The notes: generated by a model not told the origin, from the sequence alone. A DNA stretch of 64,000 bases from Octopus vulgaris (GCA_951406725.2 OX597815.1:112716001-112780000); one strand, 5' to 3'. Shown: positions 38,432 to 51,415, numbered from the stretch's first letter. Numbers and translations are program-made.

Positions 38432-40660
38432 AATTTGGTATACGATAAAAATTTCAGATATTTGTCTTAAACATTGAGACAAGCAAATTCATAATTCAGA
38501 TGTATGACATGAGATATTATTCCATTCAAATAAACACATATTTATATTAAGAGTTAGATGCTAACAATATAAAAATATAAGAATATAAACATATAAAAAA
38601 ATATTTTAAAAAATAAACATATATAAGGGGTACCATGAAAGTAGAAAATATAATAGCGGATGTAATTGAAAGGATCAGTCCAAACCTACGGCCGTTTCAG
38701 AAAATTTTTAGGGTTTGTAGGAAATAGTCCAAATTCAGCTCACTGTATAAAAACATTTCCTTCTTCAGGGTTCTTTCTGGAGGTAAAATCCAGCAAGGTG
38801 AAATTTCGGTTTTTAATAAGTGACTAAATAAAAATAAAAATCACAAAATAAAATCGGACAGACCAAAATATAAGAATATAATCTTTACAAGGATTGAATA
38901 AGAAATTAAAAGGGTGGACATGAGAGCTTTTAGTTAATCGTGTAAATAATAGCCTATTGGAATATTCCATTTTGTATTGATATATATTTTGATCCATACT
39001 AGTATAACAGAGAAATTAAGATTAAAGATTTATATATAAGTATTCGTTGGATCTAATCCAGGTCGCATTAATTTTTTTTAATTTAAAGTTCAAAATGTTT
39101 TAAATTTTAGATTTTGAAAGATTTAAAAGTTGCTAAATATTTATACTTACAAACGTGTGTAATTTTATTTAACATGTTTTTATTTCCATTACTAGCGTAT
39201 AGCATGCTACTCGATTCGTTTATGGAAAGCCTACAAGATTTAGTATGTGTGTTATATGGTGTTGATTCGGTAATTATCGACCACCTTAAATTATACTCAA
39301 TGTTAGACTTTAAGACTCAGTTTATGGTATGGAGAATACTGGCCTTTGTTTCAACTGAAGGTAACATCCAGGAAATTAGCTGTTTTAGTAGTATTATCGG
39401 TGGTTATATTTAAATTTTTTTCTTAAAAAGTTTGAATAAAGCGTTTCTAGTTTTATCTCTAATACATAGTGATGTATTAGGGATCGCAAATAAGTCGTCA
39501 TCTCTATAAAGGCCTCCCTTAATAGCGGGAAAACTTTTTCTTTTTTCAGAAAGTAGAAAGTGACCCATCAAATCAGTAATCATGGCCGAAACCGCTGACC
39601 CCATAGTTATATCGAAGTTATTCTGAGTATCACTTCGAGTCCACTCCTTATTAAATACAATTAGGGCTCTCCTAGCATTTGAAATGATATCCTTTTCCAA
39701 AGGGGATATTTCTTTAAATTTTTCACCGAAGGTTATTGCCTTATCCAAAAGATCTGGAGTTATTGGTTGGTAATAATTATCATTAAAACTTCTAATGTGC
39801 GGGAGAATTTTATCACTTATAGCTTTAATAATTCTACTCAAGTGGAATTTCGTGAGACAGGTTACTCTAATACTAGGTTTGCTTTCAAAATCCGGTTCAT
39901 GATCTTTTAAAGTAAAATGAGGCGTTTTAGGAGTGCATGGTTCAGTTTTATCGAGTAAGTTTAAAATCCCTAATGATCCTAATTAATTTGTATTAATTTC
40001 ATTAAGAGCGTTATTCGTTGTTAATCAATACTTGGAGCTCAATTCTTTCAGTAAAAGATTATAATATTCCTCGATTGGAATTGAGTAGATATTTCTAGTT
40101 TTATCAGATAACACAAGCAAGTTCGGGGAGTTCTTTATATCCTTGATAATTTTGGAGATTTTATTGTTGAGCGGACTTGTGATCTTCTGAAATCTTAATT
40201 TCTGTGCGATGCGTGTAAGATCGTTTTCGAAGTTCAATAAGTCCGGATGAGTTGGAGGGTTTCTAAGGGATTTCAAGGTCAGTTCATTGGAAGAATAATT
40301 ACTTTCATCGATGATATTGCTGTTTCGTAATGGAATACTCTCCTTCTTAATCTTCTTATATATTCACTAGTTTTTGCAACAGGATTTCTTTATATAGATG
40401 TCTAAGTGGTATTGGAATGTTCTTTGTTGACAAATCCAGAAGTTTTTTCTCCATAGTTATTACTATATTAAGTGTTCAGTATGAGCAAATGTAGAATACG
40501 AGAATTTTAATGGATATAAAGCTCCAGTATATAGTACAACTGTATTTTTTCGCGCGTATATGAGCTAAATTTAAATAAAATTTAGTATACGATAAAAATT
40601 CCTGATATTCGTCTTAAACATTCAGACAAGCAAATTCATAATTCAGATGTATGATATGGG
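38432..40660 (-). mobile_element. Decayed Naiad-like Penelope element with ~80 bp direct terminal repeats
   Basis: ATG at 40454 gives MEKKLLDLSTKNIPIP; LVLSDKTRNIY; NFDITMGS..DLMG..GGLYRDD (RT); LRWSII..PY..SCRL (EN C-terminus). Direct repeats at 38432-38513 and 40579-40660. HHR in the 3' pLTR. Confidence 0.9.
38682..38773 (-). ncRNA. Canonical minimal type-I hammerhead ribozyme in PLE pseudo-LTR
   Basis: Minus strand GAACC-CTGAAGA-AGGAAAT...ATTTTCT-GAAAC-GGCC-GTA-GGTTT. Intact core, 5 bp stem I, palindromic stem III ACGGCCGT. Confidence 0.9.
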
Positions 40661-42342
40661 GTATAAATATACAATGTTAATTATCAATGCAACAACATTA
40701 AATAATTATCCGCCACAAGTCGAAATAGGTTATCAAATTGTCAAACATTCCAGTAGTGTCTATCGACAATAAATAAAATACGATAGATTTAGTCTTTATA
40801 AACCTTCAAACATTGCAGAATGGAACGAATAAAACGTTCGCTTTTATTTATTTTTGTAAGACAGGCTCATAAATTTTAGTGGCAAACAGAAATTTGTTAT
40901 GTTATCATATCTCTAAACCATAGTCATTTAAAATGAATAGTGTTTATTTCTCAACCTCTTCAAGTAACTGAAGTTAAAGATTTTGTTAGCATTTAAAAGT
41001 GAATGATAAATAAATGAAATGGAAATTCATGATGAGGTGGATTCGACTCTTGATATAGGAATTTCGTTAATCCTGAGCTAAAAATAAAATGTCACTGTAA
41101 CTCAGTGATATTTATAATCGCTTTATGAGAACAAGAATCCTTTCTGACATTTTTCAAGGATCGATAAAGATCCAGGTGAGTAAAATCAGTTTTAAAATAA
41201 AAGAAATCTACTCAGATGAATTTTAAGTAAAGCATCTCGACTTATATATGGAATTTGAATCATGAGAACATTAATTTAAATCGCAGGCAAAATATTCTGT
41301 TCAAATTATTAGAGAAAAGGCATACTGCTGCTTTCTCTAACATGTTCTCTATTGTGTTGGAGATTTCGCTATAAATTTAATGTTAATATAAATGTAACCT
41401 GTCTTCAGAACAGCTATACTCTACTTAGGCCAAATTATTGCCAACAATTCAAATAGCATATACTGTCCAACTTTAGTTTTCCGAGGCTTTTTCTATATAT
41501 TAACTAAATAGAGAGAATTCAGAAGGTCGACAAGAGTACTGGGGAACTAATGGTTACAGACACAGAAACGGTATTTTAAAACGCTAAATTCGATTTTCTC
41601 TTTCTTGACAAATTTGTAAGTCACTTAATTTTACTAATGTCGTAACTTTCGGGAAATTTGTCGATATTTGTAGAGGAGTAACTACATATCATTTTGACAG
41701 CATTAAATTATTGAAAACAATGCATTCGGTGTTGATGAAATTAGAAAAGTTACTAAAGTAAGAGAAGATTAGCTTACTAACGTACAAAAGCCACTGAATA
41801 CCAGGAATCCATTCAAGTTCCAGTAATATATCAAATATGAAATTATTATCTGTCAAATATTGCAGCAGAGTACATCACATTTGCTTGAGATCACTTATTG
41901 ACATGCAAGAAGCGACGGGTTGCTCCTACTTAGAAATACTGATTAAATTCAAAACTGGAAATTTAAAATAAACCATGGTGATTAAAGTATATAGTGAGTT
42001 CTTACTCATTACTGGGAGAAATGACATCATAAACACTCTTATAGCAATAATGAACAGAAAAATACACCTGTTACGAGAAAAAATATATATATTTGTATAC
42101 CTTGTTAGTGAAAGAGACAAGAAACCAAAATATCACGCATCCAATGAATCGTCCTTAGTCTGTTAGTCTGTTACTTAAAAACAATCTAGTCAGTGTCGGT
42201 TGCGGGTCGACATCTGCAAATGTTTATGTGATTGTGTGTGTATGTATTTATATGCATATATCTCTACCTCTCACTTTTTCTCCTTCTCTCGCCCCATCTC
42301 TCTCTCCTTCTCTCTGAACATATATATATACATATATATATG

Positions 42343-42607
42343 ATAATTGGAGCAGTTGGTTTTGTAAGCAAATGCCTAAATGTCAGTCTGGAAAAGCTTG
42401 GATTTACTGCAAAAGAAATCAACCAACTGATTCGCACTGTACAAATACAATCTGTGAGTGGAACAGTAAAATTATGCAAGAATTTTCTTAAGTTTAAAAC
42501 ATGACATTGTTCTCGTTGCCTACATTCGAAGGATGGAGCTTTGTATCTTTGTTAGAAACCTGTTCCTTCTTCAGAAGAAAAAATTAACGATTAAAAACAG
42601 AAGAGGC
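42343..42607 (+). mobile_element. 3' end of RLE-clade (R4/Dong-like) non-LTR retrotransposon, subfamily A, ending in (ATAC)n
   Basis: IIGAVGFVSKCLNVSLEKLGF..LIRTVQIQSVSGTVKLCKNFLKF* resembles the C-terminus of a restriction-like endonuclease. Homologous to the translations at 46745-46990 and 47200-47700. Confidence 0.7.
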
Positions 42608-42636
42608 ATACATACATACATACATACATACATACA

Positions 42637-42671
<35 letters not shown>

Positions 42672-42672
<1 letters not shown>

Positions 42673-42870
42673 TATGAGCATGTCTAGATATGCAGCTATA
42701 CGCATAAGAATATATGCATAAAACGAAACATATAAATTTGGACATAAGCATACACACAAAAAAAAATACATTGTTGTTGATGTTGAAATTCCAATGAAGG
42801 AGCCGTGGATCTAAATTAGAAACCGGCTCTTTATTGGCAAAAAAATCTTGAAATAAAACTGAATAATGAC
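42672..42870 (+). mobile_element. 3' UTR fragment of RLE LINE subfamily B, ending in (ATAC)n
   Basis: Reverse complement of 46434-46750 (GAGCATGT(C/T)TAGATATG..; TTGTTGATGTTGAAATTCCAATG..GAATAATGAC). Confidence 0.75.
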
Positions 42871-44261
42871 ATACATACATAATGTTGATTTGTGTGAGTG
42901 TGTGTATTCACGTAGATACACATATCTTCCAGCAACACCACAATGTCTTTCCAGCCATTTCTCTTTATTCTCTATATTTTGATGTGTAAAACATTAAACA
43001 TTCGAATTTTGCTTTCAGTGAGATGGCGGTGCCCCAGCATGGCCACAGCTCGTGAGCTGAAACTAGATAAAATGAAAATGAAAATGATACTTTAAATTTC
43101 CGTCACTTGTACTTTAAATAATTCTTTACATGATCACCTTTCGTGAATTATCATATATATATATAACAATCCATTTAATTGTTATAAACTTTAACTCGTT
43201 AATGCAGTGTATACCAACAAAGCAAATATGTGTAGTTGTGTGTTTGTGCGTGCGTGCGTATGTGTGTGTGTGTGCGTACGCGTGTGTGTGCATTTGATCT
43301 GTACCAACACAATATGTAAGGAATTACTCCCTTAAAGGAACGTCGTGGATCTACGTTTAATTGCTTTATGAACAACCACAGCAAAGGATGCAAAATACCA
43401 CAATGACGAAACGTGTGTAGGAAAAATGATATAAACTGCATCTTGTGTTTATGAAACTTTCTCCAATATTTGCTCTACATACCAAAAACATGTAATTATA
43501 TAGAAATACAGTAATTTACACACCACTCTCCTAAAAGTAACCAGGACCATGATATTCTATGTGGAACTCTAAACTAATCCGTAGCAATCGTATATTTAAA
43601 TGTGCACGCAGGTAGGACTCTGTGTGTGTGTATGTGTGTGTGTTAACTCTCTAACTTAGCCACAACTAGTTACCAAGTATTTTACTGAGTTATTCGCTCT
43701 TATACATTTCTATTTACCTTCTCAAATTGCATAGAAAATCTTTCTTGTTATTCTTTACTACTAAATCTTTGATTGCTTGACATTTTAAATTGCTCTAATA
43801 AAAATTTTCACTCCTATTTATACCTCATTTCTGCCCAACGTCTTAGTCACTATTATTGTTTAATTATTTAGTATTTTTAGCCACCACTTAATTTTACTTA
43901 ACGATCATTGTATTTTGGAGACAGTTGGCGTAATTTATCTCTCTCCGTCTCTCCGAATATATTGTTTCTTGTACATACTATGAATTACATTTTATCCAAT
44001 GGGCTTCCACTCATTAAATGATAGTGTTTAACCTTTTACTGCAAACAATTAAATCATCCAAATTTCGCATTTTGTAGCTTTTATAATCCCCCTTTTTTTT
44101 CTTGTTTATTTTATCACTGGACAGAATACACGCATGTTTAGGAACAATTTCAAACTTTGATTAATGTTTCGTCGACTTCTCGCTGGGAGCGAACTATTTT
44201 GACATTTAACGCATTCAATTCTCTTTTAAATATTCATAAAATTGTATGTTCTGATAAGTGT

Positions 44262-44592
44262 ATTTTATCTTTTACTTGTTTCTGTCATTATACTGCGGCC
44301 ATGCTGGAGTATCGTCTTAAACATTTTAGTAAGCAAGATCAACACCAGTTCTTATTTCTTAAAGTTTGGCACGTACTCTATCGATTCTCTTGCCGAACAG
44401 CCAGGTTAAGGGAACGTAAACAAAGTAACACCGATTGTCAGATGGTGATGAGGAAGAAAAAAACTCAAACAAACACAGACACACGCACACGTATACACAC
44501 ACATACACATTTATATATACACACACATAAGACGGGTTTCCTTCAGCTTCTCTCAACCCAAATCACCCCACAAGGCTTTGATCGGCCCGGAG
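44262..44592 (-). mobile_element. SINE family 1 variant, 5'-truncated
   Basis: TTTACTTGTTTCTGTCATTATACTGCGGCCATGCTGGAG..CACAAGGCTTTGATCGGCCCG is the reverse complement of the family-1 body and tail. Confidence 0.75.
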
Positions 44593-44649
44593 AATAAAAG
44601 ACATTTGAAAGATATTTATATAATATATGTCTGTATATGTATGTGCGTG

Positions 44650-44733
<84 letters not shown>

Positions 44734-44784
44734 TGTGCATACGTGTGTGTATATGCATGCATTGATGCACGTATATATGTGTGC

Positions 44785-44831
<47 letters not shown>

Positions 44832-45530
44832 CATGTGTGTATATATCTATGTATCTATGTGTATATCTATGCATGTATATGTATACGAGGGATTCTGAGT
44901 TGTCTCTTCTGTGATATGTCACTACCTGATTTACCTAGAGTCTACTTTGTCAGTTTCGCCAACGCAAATACATTGAAACTTATGATTAGTCCGACACTGT
45001 TCACAGAAATATAGAATAAGAGCAACAAATAACGTATTTTATATATCGTGATTAACTGGTGGAATAAGAACATAATTAACTGTATCATTAGGGGATAAAT
45101 TATCTTCAGTTCTTATTTCCGTCTTTGCCTACTGATTCTAAACTTCGATGGAATCTACTTTGGATTTCATTCATATCACGTATTTCTACTTTAATCGCTT
45201 CCATCTAATATCTCTTTCTACCTACCCCTAACGCAGTAAGTAGTAAATGACGTCTCCCGTGGTATCCCCTTTCATCGTCGAGTTTCATATTACTGCATGA
45301 AACATTGTCACATTCAGTGTCCAAGTTGCCCTCCAGTTTTCCAGTATATACTACCTTGACATGTAATTAAAGCAGGTATTATTCTGCTTGTCATCCGAAA
45401 AGCCAACATATCAAGCATCTGTTTTTTTGTTTGTTTGTTTATATGTTTTTTTTTTGTTTGTTTGATTTTTGTCATAGTGATTTTTTTCCCAGTAGTGCGA
45501 TCTGTCTCGTTCTGATATTGAAATTCCTAT

Positions 45531-45748
45531 AAGGCGGCAAGCGGGCAGAAACGTTAGCACGTCGGGCGAAATGCTTAGCGATATTTCGGCTGTCTTTACG
45601 TTCTGAGTTCAAATTCCGCCGAGGTCGACTTTGCCTTTCATCCTTTCGGGGTCGATAAATTTAGTACTAGTTGCGGACTGGGGGTCGATCTAATCGGCTG
45701 GCCCCCTCCCCCAAACATTCGGACCTTGTACCTACAGTAGAAAAGGAT
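45531..45748 (+). mobile_element. tRNA-derived SINE family 2 (octopus OR-like), full length
   Basis: GGCGG..GGCAGAAACGTTAGCAC head; B-box-like GAGTTCAAATTCC; core GCCTTTCATCCTTTCGGGGTCGATAAAT. Flanked by a probable target duplication GATATTGAA(A/G)TTCCTAT. Other copies at ~45945-46128(-) and ~60690-60900(+). Confidence 0.8.
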
Positions 45749-46433
45749 ATTGAAGTTCCTATTCAATTTTTCTAAAGACTTGGCAAAGTTTAGATATAAA
45801 GATAATATCGTTTTTGATTAGTAAATCAGTGTTCATCATCTCCGGACAGTGTTAAACTGTGGTACAAGGAAGATATTACATACACAAAGATATAAGAATA
45901 CACATACATATATGTAAATATATATATATAGTAATAATCATTTTTACTATAAACACAAGGTATGAAATTTTGTGGGGAGGGTGTGGTGCTACGAATTCAT
46001 CGAACTCAGTGTTTGACTGGTTCTTATTTTATTGGCTCCGAAAGGATCAAAGATAAAGTCGACCTCGGCGGAATTTGAATTTACAATGTAAAACAGGAAG
46101 AAGTGCCGCTAGATATTTTGTCCGCCCCTCTTGTGTGTGTGTGTGTGTGTGTGTGTATGCGTGTGTGTATGTGTGTGTCTATGTGTGTGTGCATGTGTGT
46201 ATATATGTATATATATATATGTGTGTGTGTGTAGTATTAATAAATGTAGAATAATCGTAATTGGCATCTTTTAATCTTATATGCACGTTTTTTATAATAC
46301 AACTGGGTATTTTCATTTGAGTTTTATTTGAGTATTTCTTGAGAGAATTCAAGCGTCATTAACAATGTGACAATGCCTTTCGAGATAAGAGAAGTATGTA
46401 TGTGCGTATGTATTTATCTAGGTATGTATGCAT

Positions 46434-46992
46434 GTCATTATTCAATTTTATTTCAAGATGTCTTGCCAATAGAGAAAGAACCAGTTTTTAACTTAGATCT
46501 AAGGCTCCTGCATTGGAATTTCAACATCAACAACAGTTTATTTTTGTATGTACATATGTACATATGTATATATGTATGTATGCATGTATGTATGTATGTA
46601 TGTATGTATGTATGTATGTATGCATGCATGCATGTATGTATGTATGTATGTATGTATGTATGTATGTATGTATGTATATGTACTGGTTTATATGCTTTGT
46701 TTTATGTATATCTTCTCATGCATATACTTACATATCTAAACATGCTCATATGTATTTAAGTGATAAATTTCTAGAAAGTCTTCCGGATTTTTACAGTTCC
46801 AGTGATGGCTTGGATCTGTAATCTTCGAATCAGCTTTCTCCTTTCTGGTTTTGAGAAACCTAATTTTTCAAGATCGGTATTTAGGCAGTGTTACATATCT
46901 CAGTGCCCTAATAATTACAGGTATAAACCTTAACTTGTAATCTGGATAGAGTAATTGCGTAGTTCAGCATAATTATTCGCTTTTTCATTGAT
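46434..46992 (-). mobile_element. 3' end of RLE LINE subfamily B
   Basis: Minus translation (with frameshifts) LLYPDYKLRFIPVIIG..CLNTDLEKLGFSKPERRKLIRRLQIQAITGTVK. Bounded by (TATG)n on both sides. Confidence 0.8.
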
Positions 46993-47094
46993 GTATGTAT
47001 GTATGTATGTATGTATGTATGTATGTATGTATGTATGTATGTATACCTGTATGTATGTATCTTTCTATCTATCTATCTATCTATTTATCTATCT

Positions 47095-47700
47095 ATGACT
47101 TCTCTTACCCGGTTTAATTTAGATCTAATTTTTACCGGTCAACGACTTGGTAGGAAGGTTATTAAAGAAAATATCTTGATTTAACCGCCATCCTTTAAAT
47201 CTTAAGAATGTTTTGTAGTCCCAAATATCGTGATCATTGAAGCGTATGAATTGAGGATTTGCATTCTATCTCCAAGATTACAATTTCGACCTTACTTTGA
47301 ACCATACGAGTTGGTATGTATCCTGTTGCTCCAATAATAATGGGCATAAAGCTGAAAATGTAACTTGGATACTAGATTTGCAAACTCCTTATCAATGGCT
47401 CATAGATGTCCTCTTTCCCCATATTTTTCTAAATACGTTCCTGTCCAGGTGGCAGCTGATTTCCACAACATTTCTTTGTGGTCCCACCTAGGAGATTGTG
47501 TTTTGAGTTGGTGGCTATTTGAATTTTCAAGTTCCACCGGTATTCTTTTGTCCCATCGGCCTTAATATGGTCAACTTCGTTCGTAGACATTCTAGTCTTT
47601 GTTATCCTGTTCCAGACGGGTCAGGCCATTGTATCATGACTCATGGGAATATAGTATCTGGAAAACGTTCTCTCAGTTGGTAATAATGTAGTTCATGTCT
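47095..47700 (-). mobile_element. 3' end of RLE LINE subfamily C (zinc-knuckle tail plus RLE domain)
   Basis: Minus translation (with frameshifts) YYIPMSHD..KEYRWNLKI..KHN..VVEISC..KEDIYEPLIRSLQI*YPSYIFSFMPIIIGATGYIP; ends in (ATAG)n. Confidence 0.75.
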
Positions 47701-47730
47701 AGTTTAGTGTATATATGTATGTGTATATAC

Positions 47731-47882
47731 ATGGTTGCGGGTTCAGTCCACATGGTTCTGGGTCCAGTCCCACTGCATGGCACCTTGGCCAAGTGTCTTC
47801 TACTATAGCTTCGAGCCGACCAAAGCCTTGTGAGTGGATTTGGTAGACGGAAACTGAAAAAAGCCCGTCGTAAATATGTATA

Positions 47883-47933
<51 letters not shown>

Positions 47934-48135
47934 CTGCGCTTGTCTCCTCAACATCGCTTGACAAGCGATGCTGGTGTGCTTACGTCCCCGTAACTTAGCG
48001 GTTCGGCAAAAGAGACCGACAGAATAAATACTAGGCTTACAAAGAATAAGTCCTAGGTTCGATTTGTTCGACTAAAGGCGGTGCTCCAGCATGGCCGCAG
48101 TCAAATGACTGAAACAAGTAGAAGAGTAAAGAGTA
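47731..48135 (+). mobile_element. SINE family 1 (head truncated and partly duplicated)
   Basis: CATGGTT(G)CGGGTTCAGTCC is duplicated; body and tail match 1283-1653. Confidence 0.85.
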
Positions 48136-48700
48136 TTATGTATGTATGTACGTACGTATGTATGCATTTATGTATGTATGTATGTAGGTAGGTAGGTAGG
48201 TAGGTAGGTAGGTAGGTAGGTAGGTAGGTAGATAGGTAGGTAGGTAGGTAGGTAGGTAGGTAGGTAGGTAGGTAGGTAGGTAGGTAGGTAGGTAGGTAGG
48301 TAGGTAGGTAGGTAGGTAGATAGGTAGGTAGGTAGGTAGGTAGGTAGGTAGGTATGTAGGTAGGTAGGTAGGTAGGTAGGTAGGTAGGTAGGTAGGTAGG
48401 TAGGTAGGTAGGTAGGTAGGTATGCATGTGTGCATGTATGCTTGTATGTGTGTATATATGTATGCATGTATGTCGTTAGGTTGATAGATAGGTAAATAGC
48501 TAACTAGATATATATGACTGATTGTATGCATGCTTGTATGTAGGCATGTACGTAAATACGTATGTATGTGTGTACTTGTATGTATGTATGTATGTATATA
48601 TGTATGTATGTATGCATGTATGTATGTATGTATGTATGTATGTATGTATGTATGTATATATGTATGTATGTATGTTTGTATGTACGTATGCATAGCAATG

Positions 48701-49272
48701 GCAAAGATAAATACCTCGGAAACATTTGTGATAAGTGCGGATGCTAAACTCCCCTGTTCGAAAACATAAGGACAAAGATAGTGTCATATAGCCAGCAGGT
48801 GACGATGTTTCCTGGGGTTAATAGCAGTAACATTCGTCCCAACCGGGACTTCCACATTATGTTGGCTAATAATGTTTACTTTAGAGTACTGATACTGAAC
48901 GTCTCTCGTTGAGAGATTTAGAAAAAATGTTTCTATTTATTAGATCATTGATTGTGTCACTTTGAAAGTTATATATATTTTCGTATAGGAGTTTAACGGT
49001 GCCATCTCTATCCGATGCAAAGAAATAACTCAGAAACTGCGGTCCACGGATATTGCTTTGTCCTGAGTGGGGATGCTAAATGTTCGAAAATGTAAGGACG
49101 CAGATAGTGTCGTATAGCCAGCTGGAGACGATGTTTTCTGGGGTTAAATAGCATTACCATTCGACCCAACAGGGACTGCCACGTTATGTTGGCAATTAAT
49201 ATTTACTTTAGAGTACTGTTACTGAATGTTTCTTGTTGAGAGATTTAGAAAAATATAAGGTTTCAATTTATT
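48701..49272. repeat. Diverged tandem duplication, ~250 bp unit
   Basis: 48701-48945 vs 49017-49272 share GGATGCTAAA, GATAGTGTC(A/G)TATAGCCAGC, TTACTTTAGAGTACTG and GTTGAGAGATTTAGAAAAA. Confidence 0.85.
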
Positions 49273-50972
49273 ATGAGATTATTTCTTCGAAAACACACAA
49301 ATATAACAAAATGACAAGCATATACAAGATGAATATAGTAAAATTAATAAATATATATTCTATTATGCTACAAATGCATGAAATTATACTTTTGTGAATC
49401 TTTGTATTCCAAATGCGATAGAAATGATAATTAGGGAAACTTGATTCTATTTACAATACTAAACGAGAAATAGAATCATAGTATATATTAAACAACAGAA
49501 TTATATACATATACATGTTACACACAGACACACACACATGTGGCATATAGTTGTATTTCAATGTTCGCAGCACTCTGTATATTTGCCTGTATGTAAATAC
49601 AAGTAGTTGATGCAAAAAATCCTAAGACAAACTGCAATACATTAGAAATTGTGATATAATCATACCCTTTATCAGAACCTAGAAGTGTTTTATAGAATAA
49701 TTTCCTCTTGATTGAATATTGTACAATATTCTCATGAATGGTAATTTCATTATCAGCTTACAATTGCAAATGAGTGTTCCGATTCATAAAAAAATATTTA
49801 TACAACACCGATGCAACGGTGTTTTGGATGAGGATACTAGGAATTTTCTGGGTTTTTTTTTTTCTAATATTAGAAAATCATTTAGTTGTGCGTTAGTATG
49901 AGTGAATGCATATGCACGCATTTGCGATAAAATATACCATTGTTGTGGTATATACGCAAGTGTGTTTGCATGTCTATGAATGTGCATTCAGGTGAGTGTG
50001 CTCTGTGTATTTGAGCGCCGTGTGTTTTGTTTGTTTGTGTGTGCGTGTGTGTGTGTATTTCTATTTAGACTAAAATAATGGATGGCTGTCATAATGGCAA
50101 TCCTTTTGGGTTGCACAAGACTCACTTTCCATGCGAAACGAAATAAATCCTTCTCTTCGTTTCCCAATCTCTCTCATTCACAGTTTATTTCCCTCTCTTT
50201 CACGGTTGTATATATATATATATATATATATACATGAATATCTGTCTAATATATATAGAATATAGGGTTCAATAATACGAACGGAAATACACACTGAATT
50301 CCAAATTCTAAATAGTAATACATATATGGAGAGAGAGCGAGATAATGATGCAAGTAAACAAGCAAAACTGCTCGAGTTAGATATACGAAACACTCATACA
50401 GTATACATGGAAATAGAAAGAAAACAAAAGTTGAACATTTTCAGCCGATAAATATTCAAGTATCACTGTATTAATACAATCGGCTGTGTCTGTCCATAGA
50501 AATTGAAACAATTTCTAAGCGTGTACATGTCTGTGTGTATGTGTATTCCTTTAACCCTTCTCTTCCTACTATCTAACTTTGACGTCAATTCTACTAACGG
50601 TTTTTTAAACACTCATTAACGTTTTGTTTACCATGTAGGCAGTCATCGTAATTATTATTTTAGTGTTGTTGTTGAGAGAGTCTCCCTTTCTTTCCTGATG
50701 AGAAGATTGCATCTTACACCGTTTATTCCTTTGGAATAAAACTATGTTGCCTTCGAAATATATGTCGAGAGTAAAGGAAATTTGTTAACATCTTCGTTCA
50801 ACTCCATTTATTTATTTATTCATATATAACACACAAATTTCTGCACATGAACCCGGAGTTTCTACCTTTGGATAGGTCGCTTCAACCGTGTTTCTGACGT
50901 GAATTTACTACCCTGGTATCGGTTCATCGAATTTTCCATGTTGACGGTAAACATAGGATAATTCATTCACCT

Positions 50973-51039
<67 letters not shown>

Positions 51040-51273
51040 GAATACAAAGCTCATAATACGAACGGGAACAGGAACCTGCGAAGGGAGTAGAAACCTAAGA
51101 TTTCTTTTAGACAATGGACAATTATACCCCCTCTTTTTCTCTCTAACACCTTGAACTCTATACGAATATATATTTAACGAAGTCTTCAATGAAAAAACTC
51201 CAAACATGTTTTCGACCCCACCCCCACCCCACGCTAGACAGAAAATAAACTGTTTTTACTTCAAATTTTTACT

Positions 51274-51316
51274 GATATTTGATAAGATGAGATTCGTCAT
51301 CGAAACCGGTAATATT
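51274..51316 (+). ncRNA. Minimal hammerhead motif with compensatory U3-A8 core
   Basis: GATAT-TTGATAA-GATGA-gattcg-TCATC-GAAAC-CG-GTA-ATATT: stem I, perfect 5 bp stem II, palindromic stem III ACCGGT, GUA triplet. Confidence 0.7.
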
Positions 51317-51415
51317 TTCTTTATATAATTTTTAAATCATATTAAGTTCCTTCTTAAATTGAAATGCCATAGATTTATTTCTGTGCTATTTCTACCTCCA
51401 TCCTATATATATATA

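Noticed and set aside
42791-42837. Apparent hammerhead (ATGAAGG...GAAACCGG) in the RLE LINE 3'UTR
   Set aside because: The core is not CUGANGA or a compensatory variant, there is no NUH triplet, and the flanks pair as a single hairpin instead.
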